A stretch of 32,000 bases of DNA, taken from positions 1 through 32,000 of the forward strand of contig JBHLRO010000014.1 in the NCBI GenBank assembly GCA_048882505.1, read 5' to 3'. The notes under the pieces are model-generated. The model searched no databases and was not told the DNA's origin. It was given only the letters and a program-made list of their open reading frames with translations. The DNA is from Candidatus Thorarchaeota archaeon (GTDB lineage Archaea > Asgardarchaeota > Heimdallarchaeia > Hodarchaeales > Hodarchaeaceae). Shown here piece by piece: positions 1 to 6,850 of the stretch. Every line of letters begins with the position of its first letter. The stretch's first letter is position 1. Made by a program: the position numbers and the translations under genes.

Positions 1-93
1 AACGCGGGAAACCGAATCGCCCAACGAGTAGGGGCTTCACCAAAATCAAAATTCAAGGCCTGGATAGAGGAGGTTGTTGAGCGATTGCAATAA
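1..93 (+). CDS. Thioredoxin-fold protein, C-terminal end (5' truncated by window)
   Basis: Frame 1 reads NAGNRIAQRVGASPKSKFKAWIEEVVERLQ-stop (TAA 91-93). This matches the usual thioredoxin C-terminus (NG..V.R.VGA.PK..L..WIEE). The CxxC site would lie upstream, outside the window. Confidence 0.6.
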   Translation, partial: NAGNRIAQRVGASPKSKFKAWIEEVVERLQ

Positions 94-127
94 TCTCATC
101 ACAGAAAAAATATGAGTTGGGTAGTTT

Positions 128-196
128 ATGAGAGAAAAATGGAAGAAAAAACGATTAAGAAGGCGGAAACGGAAGGAACGAAGAAGAACCCGTTAG
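128..196 (+). CDS. rpl41e: Ribosomal protein eL41 (L41e/eS32), 22 aa
   Basis: Manual translation of ATG128..TAG196 gives MREKWKKKRLRRRKRKERRRTR. It aligns without gaps to eukaryotic eL41 (MRAKWRKKRMRRLKRKRRK...) and to the archaeal core (MRWKW.KKRLRRLKR). Too short for the supplied ORF track. Confidence 0.85.
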   Translation: MREKWKKKRLRRRKRKERRRTR

Positions 197-365
197 TGTC
201 TCCGTGATGAAAGCTTGGAGCAGATTAGAGGAATTTTCTCCTCCTTTGCATGTCGCTGGATCTTAATCATGAATATGCAAAAGAGATTGGAGAAATGCTC
301 ATAACACTCCAGGATTCCTCTAAAGTGGTCAGACACTCCAATCCTGCCGATTGGATGTAGAAAAA

Positions 366-1487
366 ATGATCATTGGTTTAATAGGTGCCCGTGGGACTGT
401 ACCTACTGATGCAATGGCCACTGTCTCCTTTCTGGTCGATAATCGATACTTATTCGAATGCCCATCTGAGATAATTCCTGCCTTTGATAGATTCCAAAAA
501 GAATGGGGACGAATCTCTAGTGACGAAATTCATCCTCAATTGGCAGCTTTAGGACGTCCAACACTTGGGAAAGTTCGTTATATCATAATATCCCATTTAC
601 ATTACGATCATTGGGGAGGCCTTCCCCATATAATCCATCGAATCTTGTTACTGGAGCGAGAGATGAGAGAGAGAAATCCATTATCGATTATCATCCCTAA
701 AGGGGCTACAATTCCGTTTCAATTACGGATGCAGAATCTGTTTTCCCTCCCTAATGCGAACATTCCACTTCCAGATGCAGAATTCTTGTACCACTGGCTT
801 ACGATCGAAGTAGGCGATGCTGTTAGGAAAGTTATACGTATAACAACCATAGAGGACGGGAATATCATTCCTCTGGATCCTGGATACTTTTTATCCTGTA
901 AAAAGAACCTTCACCTTGAGGTTGGTTCGGTAGCATATAAACTCACATTCCAGAAACCAAAATTAGACGTAAATAAGGCTAAACAAATGGGAATCCCCTT
1001 TAATAAAACTTTAAAACGAATTGAGCGGAGCCAATCTCCAGTTAAGGTGGGAAACTCAGTAATCTCACGAACCGACATATACTTTGACCTGATTAAGACA
1101 TTGTGTTATTCAGGGGATACAAGCGTAGATTCAGGCCTGTTTGAATTTTTCAGGGACGCCCAAATACTAATTCACGAGGCTACATACCTAACACGAGAAA
1201 AAAATTTCCACCTTGAATCTCATTCAGACATGGAAAGCTTACTTCCCGAAGTAGAGAAATTGAGCGATCAAACCTCTCTAGCTGGGTTAATACCCATTCA
1301 TTTTTCTACTCGATATAAAGCGGTGGAAATCTCCAGATATTGCGATCAACTTTCCCAGAATCACGAGAAACAGTTTCGAATCATTAATCCCCTTAACAAC
1401 TTATTTGTGTTTATAACTGATCAGGGGAATTTACACTGCGTAAAACGCTCTCAGAAAATATCCGAGAACCATTCTGGAAGTGAATGA
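366..1487 (+). CDS. rnz: Ribonuclease Z (tRNA 3' endonuclease, metallo-beta-lactamase fold)
   Basis: Motifs SHLHYDH (HxHxDH), YSGDT, HEATY, SHS and IHFSTRY, plus the flexible-arm segment KLDVNKAKQMGIP. ATG366 gives MIIGLIGARGTVPT, like the canonical M.I.FLGT.G.VPT start. The ORF track starts at TTG351. Confidence 0.9.
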   Translation: MIIGLIGARGTVPTDAMATVSFLVDNRYLFECPSEIIPAFDRFQKEWGRISSDEIHPQLAALGRPTLGKVRYIIISHLHYDHWGGLPHIIHRILLLEREMRERNPLSIIIPKGATIPFQLRMQNLFSLPNANIPLPDAEFLYHWLTIEVGDAVRKVIRITTIEDGNIIPLDPGYFLSCKKNLHLEVGSVAYKLTFQKPKLDVNKAKQMGIPFNKTLKRIERSQSPVKVGNSVISRTDIYFDLIKTLCYSGDTSVDSGLFEFFRDAQILIHEATYLTREKNFHLESHSDMESLLPEVEKLSDQTSLAGLIPIHFSTRYKAVEISRYCDQLSQNHEKQFRIINPLNNLFVFITDQGNLHCVKRSQKISENHSGSE

Positions 1488-2266
1488 TAACCCGAGAGTT
1501 TAGCCTGTTTTCGTAGAAGTTTAACCGTTCCTGATCCATATTGCATGGCTTTCTTAGGCTGAGTGATGGCCTTCTCAGGTAAACCGAGTCTAGAGGCGCA
1601 CTTACGGAGAATATACTTGCGAATAACTTCTCCTTCTGGTGTTTGGCTGAGATGGGCTTTAATGGGTTGAGATTGGGCATAAGTTACAATTTTAGGTTCT
1701 AAATACGGGTATACAAGCTTTAAATCGAAAAAACTAGCAATTTTAGATTCCATTTTCGCCTGCTGGGAAGTAAGTTTTATGAAATCGTGATACATTGCCT
1801 GTTGTGTGACCTTTGTACCTTGTTCCATGAACAAGGTTACATATTTCCTATAACCAGCAAATAATTCATCCGCGCCTTGCCCGAGAAATACAATTTCCAA
1901 ATCTTGATGTTCGGTTAAAGCCCCCATCCCAAGAAAAAGGGGGATAGCAATTGTAAGATCTCCTGGGTTTTTTACTATATTAAGTTGGCGTAGGTCGTCG
2001 ATGACCTCGGGCAAAATCCTTTCAGATAGGTAACACAATGATAACGAGAGGCCAAGCCCTTTAGCCATGGTTAGGGCGTTATTTAAGTCGTAACTATCTG
2101 GGAGACCAACTGACACTGCTTGTACTGCCGATGGAGGGGACTGAGAGAGTAGAATGTGTGCTATGATCGTTGAATCTAAACCACCACTGTAAAGTAATCC
2201 CACAATCTCCTCTTGTTGTAGATAACTTTCGATTAATTGACTGAGCGTCTCAATGATTGTTTCCAT
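1451..2266 (-). CDS. Asparagine-synthetase C-terminal-type (PP-loop) ATPase lacking the N-terminal glutaminase domain
   Basis: LLYSGGLDS PP-loop, VFLGQGADELFAGY, YPYL, KYILR and KKAMQYGSG are all hallmarks of the Asn_synthase domain. Only 271 aa, with no N-terminal Cys/Ntn-hydrolase part. Its 3' end overlaps rnz by 37 nt. Confidence 0.85.
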   Translation of the reverse strand: METIIETLSQLIESYLQQEEIVGLLYSGGLDSTIIAHILLSQSPPSAVQAVSVGLPDSYDLNNALTMAKGLGLSLSLCYLSERILPEVIDDLRQLNIVKNPGDLTIAIPLFLGMGALTEHQDLEIVFLGQGADELFAGYRKYVTLFMEQGTKVTQQAMYHDFIKLTSQQAKMESKIASFFDLKLVYPYLEPKIVTYAQSQPIKAHLSQTPEGEVIRKYILRKCASRLGLPEKAITQPKKAMQYGSGTVKLLRKQAKLSGYHSLPEWFSDIF

Positions 2267-2295
2267 TGTGTATAAATCCCATAATAGAATCGAGA

Positions 2296-2301
2296 TTTAA
2301 A
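2296..2301 (-). promoter_or_regulatory. Possible TATA box (TTTAAA) for the asparagine-synthetase-like gene
   Basis: TTTAAA lies 30-35 nt upstream of ATG2266 and no SD is present, consistent with a leaderless archaeal transcript. No clear BRE. Confidence 0.3.
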
Positions 2302-2504
2302 GAATGCATTCATTTTAAAACGACTGACCTATCACCCCAGGCCTTGACGGTGACGGTTTTGGGGCAAGCATCACCAAAAAGCGGTCTAAGAAAGCGGTAC
2401 GAAGCGTTTTTTGCACCTTTTGGGAGGTTTCTTGCAAATACACGACTATGATTTCTGAGGTCAGCTCGTCGAATCCACTATTTCACTATCCTTGGTGTCC
2501 AGTT

Positions 2505-3494
2505 TTACAAGCGAAAGGCGTACGTTTTCGTCCTCAGTTGGAGTTCGGGGGGTATGGTTGGCAACAATCCCGCTTGTCTCGGGATGATCCGATATGCTAG
2601 TGGAGAATACTTGGGATTTCGATCCAGGTATCCTGCGGCCACCAACTGGGGTAGCATCGTATGTACCTCCGCAAGCGTGACCTCCGTGTCAATGTAATGG
2701 TGATAGAGGTCGAGGACTTCCTTCGCCTGCAGCCACTCTGGGTTGCCCCAGTGGTTCACAATCGCCAGCAACCGCTCTTTTTTGGGGGTGTCGGCGAAAA
2801 AATCGTGCATCAGCCCTTTATACGGGAGCCACCCTACGTGGGGTTGTATCTGCTGACTGAAACAGGGCGCAAACCTGTCCACAAACCGCCTAAGATGTGG
2901 GGTCTCATTCTGCCGCTCTTCCAACCGATCAAACCACTCAAAATTCCTGGCCAGGAGATCTTCGGGGAATGAAGGCCAATACCAGATGAAGTAATACACC
3001 CCACGGTAATGATTCGGAGCATAGGAATAGAGGGACATAAACAGACTTAAAAGCAGGGGGAGTTTTGTCCTTTCATCAAGGACATCGGTCAGAAACCTAA
3101 TTCCATTAATCTGAACTCTCGTTAATCCGAGTGGAGCTAACTTGGGACTAGCGGTGAGCGAGCGCGGGAGGGTGTTTCCGAAATACCGTTGCGCTTCTTG
3201 GGGTAGTTTTAAGGAAAAGATCGGGATGATCCTCCGGCCATACTCCTCGTGACCTTCGTACTCCACTCTGAACCCCTCCTCTGTCGGTAACGGGCCTTCC
3301 TGGGGGGATTGAATTTGGTCTAGTAACAAAAATTTGAATAATTCCTTCTTTACGTTCACATGGTCAGCGTTAGAATCGTCAAGGATGATAGTATGATTCC
3401 GATTGAACCGAGGATCCTTATGAATCCGATTAATTTCGGATAAAACAACAGTGGTCAGAGAATCCAGACCTTTTGAGATCAACCTAGAACCCAC
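2505..3494 (-). CDS. Hypothetical protein with a probable C-terminal winged-helix domain
   Basis: 329-aa ORF with protein-like composition. The segment LQAKEVLDLYHHYIDTEVTLAEVHTMLPQLVAAGYLDRNPKYSPLAYRI has the wHTH pattern (helices, L...GYL, beta-wing). The GTG start is uncertain. Confidence 0.65.
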   Translation of the reverse strand: MGSRLISKGLDSLTTVVLSEINRIHKDPRFNRNHTIILDDSNADHVNVKKELFKFLLLDQIQSPQEGPLPTEEGFRVEYEGHEEYGRRIIPIFSLKLPQEAQRYFGNTLPRSLTASPKLAPLGLTRVQINGIRFLTDVLDERTKLPLLLSLFMSLYSYAPNHYRGVYYFIWYWPSFPEDLLARNFEWFDRLEERQNETPHLRRFVDRFAPCFSQQIQPHVGWLPYKGLMHDFFADTPKKERLLAIVNHWGNPEWLQAKEVLDLYHHYIDTEVTLAEVHTMLPQLVAAGYLDRNPKYSPLAYRIIPRQAGLLPTIPPELQLRTKTYAFRL

Positions 3495-3511
3495 ACCATT
3501 CTCAATTTAGA

Positions 3512-3530
3512 ACTTAAGTTTTTTAACCTT
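3512..3530 (-). promoter_or_regulatory. Possible BRE/TATA region upstream of the 329-aa gene
   Basis: The minus strand reads AAGGTTAAAAAACTTAAGT, about 18-36 nt upstream of GTG3494. Confidence 0.3.
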
Positions 3531-4024
3531 ACTAAACCCTTTGATGTCGGAAGATTACTTACTAAATATCTTTGTGTTTCATTTCTTATTTATGGTTTGT
3601 TGGGGGTGTTGTGGAAATAGCTGTGTCTTTAAAACCAACAAACACCCCTTGACCAGGGATTCTGGCGAAAAAACCCAGTTTCTGGTGAGGAGAATGGGAG
3701 TTGTTGGAGGATTCGGAATTGTCGGACTCCAGCTAACCATCTTTTATGATCGAAAAACACGACTTTCCTCCCTAAAATTTCGAAATTCAATCATGGAAGC
3801 AGGAGACTACCCCGTTAGACTTCACATTTGGAGGTACTAGTGAAATGCCTTGAACCCTGAATGGGGGTATTTCGTGGGTTTTTAACCAAAATTTCGCGGC
3901 CCCTCGGTGAAATCATTTCGAAGGGAAACGGGGTCGGCTGGTGTTCCCGTTGACCATTCACTGATTTCCCCCCGAGGAACCTTTCGAAAAAAAGTTTCGA
4001 TTTTCCACCAATCAAGTCACCTCT

Positions 4025-4426
4025 TTAATCCCCCATGTTTGGTGTGACCATCCAAAACCCACATTCCTCTTTACACGGGATTCCTCGCGTCAATAGGGCG
4101 GGATGGTCGAAATAGTGTTTCCATTCCTCTCCGATCTTTGTTACCACCTTAATACCGGCCCCGTATGAGTACATGAATGGATGTGAACTAGGTTTCCCCT
4201 TGACAAACTGGGCTTTAAGACTTTGTTTAATTGCTGCAGCCAATTCGTCCTTGATCTGTTGCCATTTGAGAAGGGACATTTTCTCGATCGTGCCATCACG
4301 GGTGAGTCTACCTCGAATATGGGGCTGGCCACAGGCGGGGTAGACAGTGAATACAATAGTTTTCTCTCTGATGCGTGTCTTAGCTAAGTTGAGGTGTTCT
4401 CCTAATCTCTCTTTGAGTGAGGTCAT
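4025..4426 (-). CDS. Hypothetical protein, 133 aa
   Basis: ATG-started ORF with globular composition and a G-rich tract (AGGGGCGG) a few nt upstream. Family not recognised. Confidence 0.55.
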   Translation of the reverse strand: MTSLKERLGEHLNLAKTRIREKTIVFTVYPACGQPHIRGRLTRDGTIEKMSLLKWQQIKDELAAAIKQSLKAQFVKGKPSSHPFMYSYGAGIKVVTKIGEEWKHYFDHPALLTRGIPCKEECGFWMVTPNMGD

Positions 4427-5005
4427 TGGCTAAGTTCCGCCCCTAGGTAGGAACCCCTTTGCTGGGAATCTTCGACATATGAAAGGTGAGGTGAAGAAAA
4501 GACCCTTAAGATATTCTGCTTCAAAAACTACTTTCAGATCCTCATATATGAGTCTATGGGTCGGTGGAATCCAAGTATCACCTTACCGCGTTTTTTAGAA
4601 GTACATTATTGCCTCTTTCTCTGATTATATACTGTAGGCGACCTATTCCTATTGCAATGAGGGTCAGGAAACAGAACTACCTCCATCCAATTGGATATCG
4701 TGCAGGTGACCTATCTTGCTTGATCGCACCCTTGCCACTGCTATGGAGTTCTTGAACAGATTATTTCTTGTCGCGAACTAAGTCATGCATCTCTGACCAA
4801 GTTGAGGGACTATGATCCAAAATTTCGATTAAACTCAGCTTATTAATGCCGGCTGATTGGTTCCCTTCAGGATCAGCTCATTCGGTGATGCCAAGGATTC
4901 TGATCCCGATTGATCTTGTTCGGATTTCCATAAGCTTAAAAGTAAAAATGCATGTAAATCCCGTAATGACGGGAAATTTTCCCCCTCAAATCGGTATTTC
5001 CTCTC

Positions 5006-5012
5006 GAGGTGA
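5006..5012 (+). promoter_or_regulatory. Shine-Dalgarno site GAGGTGA
   Basis: Archaeal consensus SD 5 nt before ATG5018, which argues for ATG5018 over GTG5009 as the start. Confidence 0.7.
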
Positions 5013-5017
5013 GCCTT

Positions 5018-6784
5018 ATGAAAATTAGTTGGAAGAAAAACGCATTACGAATCTGCTTACTTCTCTTCATTACAACCTATTTGGTTCAAGGGAAGGGGTT
5101 TTTGGTTTCTGATTACGATACAAATCCACCCAAAATTGGATCGAGAGCGCTGAATGAGAGGATAATCACCACGAACAAAAATTTTATACCCCATGGCCCA
5201 TTGAATATCAGAGGGGAAACGGCACTTCTAGAAGCTGTGCAAACTGAGGGGTGGAGTGGAAACGGGACAGTAAATAACCCCTTCATCATTTCTGGATACA
5301 ACTTTTCTGGTCCCATTGACTGGCTAAATGACACATCACCGAATAAAGTTCTTCTAAGTGTCGGATTGACAGATTATCACATACATATTACCAATAACAT
5401 CTTTACAGACTATGCCACAGGGATAAGTGCCCATAGGGCGGGTAATGTCACGATCGAAAATAACACGGTGTATTCTACTCATATAGGGATTAGTATAGCT
5501 AGTGGTACTAATATACATTTGAAAAATAATCTGTTCTTTGAAAACAGTCGAAGTATGGATATACACGACTCCAGCAATATATTTGTTGAGGATAATAGGA
5601 TCTATGATTCATATACGGGCGTTGAGATCATTCAATCAGAGGGGATCCTTGTTCATAAAAATGAACTACGAGGCAATTTGGATAGTATTAGATCCGTCAT
5701 TAGCAACAACATCACGATTATATCCAATGATGTCTCCCGATCTCATTCAAAACAAACAGGGTCAGGAATAAAGATAGAGGGCATCCTCCGAACAGGGTCA
5801 GGAATTATCAGCCAGAATTACCAAACTCTGATTTTAAATAATTCAGTAAATGGATTCTGGGACGGGATAGAAGTTTCAGATTGTAATTACGGTGGAAATC
5901 AGATTAATATCTCGAAAAATCTAATCAATGTTAATGCTCGAGGGATTACCGCCTTAAATTCGAGTAGAATATTCATTCAGAACAATACGATATTTAACAA
6001 TGAACGGTGGGGAGTTTATGCAGAAACATCACGCTCCTTGACCATTAAAGGGAATGACTTTATTGGGAATCGTTATTATTTATTTAAACCCAGTTGGCTC
6101 AATACAGATATGATCAATGAGAATCAAGTTAAAGAAATACGTCAAAGTGCAATCAAAGATTGGTCTGCAAGTTCCCAGATTGAATTCAAAAATAACTTTT
6201 GGGATGACCATGTTATTGATCTGAATCTTGATGGATACTCTGACTCTCCATATGTTTTGAACGGTAGTCTTCAAGATGACATGCCGTATTCGAATCCCCA
6301 TCAACACCTCACTTCTGATCCAAACCTTCACATCGTATCGATTCCTAAAATCCTGTTTCCCTTAGCTTATGAATCGTTACAAGGGCCCATAGAAATATTC
6401 TGGATTGAATCAAAGGATTATCCCAACGGACACAATATTGTCTATCATATTTCCTTGGGAGTTGAAGATCAAAATGGATCTTACGATCCCTTTAAGGTTC
6501 AACAGTGGACAGTCTTAGTGTCTGATTTAGATTATCAGAATGCTACTTGGGATACAAATCTAATAATCAACGGGTGGTACCATTTGAAAATCGAGGCTGT
6601 ATGTGAGAATGGACACTCAGTTTTTGATACAAGTGATCATGCATTCTCAATTGGGCTAGATAGACAACGTAATGAACTTCGGGGGGAATCAGCTTCAGGG
6701 TTTAGTTTCTCATTTACGCTGATTCTATTTGTTGGTATTGCTCTCTCTGTTAGGGTGAAAAAAAGAAAGAGAAAGGGAAAATAA
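5018..6784 (+). CDS. Secreted right-handed parallel beta-helix (NosD/CASH-like) surface protein with C-terminal membrane anchor
   Basis: Signal peptide MKISWKKNALRICLLLFITTYLVQG; lead-in PHGPLNIRG..EGWSGNGT.NNPFIISGY; many I.NN.I...GI repeats; NFWDDH..D.N.DG.SD.PY cap; a beta-sandwich domain (W..L.SDL...TWDT..I.NG.YHLKIEA); tail ASGF + hydrophobic helix + RVKKRKRKGK. Confidence 0.88.
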   Translation: MKISWKKNALRICLLLFITTYLVQGKGFLVSDYDTNPPKIGSRALNERIITTNKNFIPHGPLNIRGETALLEAVQTEGWSGNGTVNNPFIISGYNFSGPIDWLNDTSPNKVLLSVGLTDYHIHITNNIFTDYATGISAHRAGNVTIENNTVYSTHIGISIASGTNIHLKNNLFFENSRSMDIHDSSNIFVEDNRIYDSYTGVEIIQSEGILVHKNELRGNLDSIRSVISNNITIISNDVSRSHSKQTGSGIKIEGILRTGSGIISQNYQTLILNNSVNGFWDGIEVSDCNYGGNQINISKNLINVNARGITALNSSRIFIQNNTIFNNERWGVYAETSRSLTIKGNDFIGNRYYLFKPSWLNTDMINENQVKEIRQSAIKDWSASSQIEFKNNFWDDHVIDLNLDGYSDSPYVLNGSLQDDMPYSNPHQHLTSDPNLHIVSIPKILFPLAYESLQGPIEIFWIESKDYPNGHNIVYHISLGVEDQNGSYDPFKVQQWTVLVSDLDYQNATWDTNLIINGWYHLKIEAVCENGHSVFDTSDHAFSIGLDRQRNELRGESASGFSFSFTLILFVGIALSVRVKKRKRKGK

Positions 6785-6821
6785 TCTTCCCTATTAATTC
6801 CCAACCAAGATTTGTGCACAC

Positions 6822-6839
6822 GTGGGGATTTTACCCCAT
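6822..6839. terminator. Weak hairpin in the 66-nt gap between two convergent genes
   Basis: TGGGG-ATTTTA-CCCCA, a 5-bp stem plus a possible G.U pair. The position fits a shared terminator, but the stem is short. Confidence 0.2.
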
Positions 6840-6850
6840 AATCCACTTGC

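Noticed and set aside
205-300. GTGATGA as a box C of a C/D sRNA
   Set aside because: No CTGA box D at a suitable distance.
3758-3773. GAGGAAAGTCG on the minus strand, resembling RNase P RNA CR-I
   Set aside because: No complementary CR-V/P4 partner (e.g. CACGCTT) and no ACAGAA-like motif downstream.
3815-4015. 66-aa minus-strand ORF preceded by GAGGTGA
   Set aside because: The SD is only 1 nt from a TTG start, the translation is unremarkable, and it spans the hairpin region. Cannot be supported, but not excluded.
4425-4445. GGGGCGGAACTTAGCC on the minus strand, resembling a tRNA 5' end
   Set aside because: No D-loop GG, anticodon arm or T-arm follows; it runs straight into the 133-aa ORF.
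4760-4900. Fragment RELSHASLTKLRDY as a tyrosine-recombinase or TnpB remnant
   Set aside because: The similarity is too short and no other catalytic motifs are nearby.
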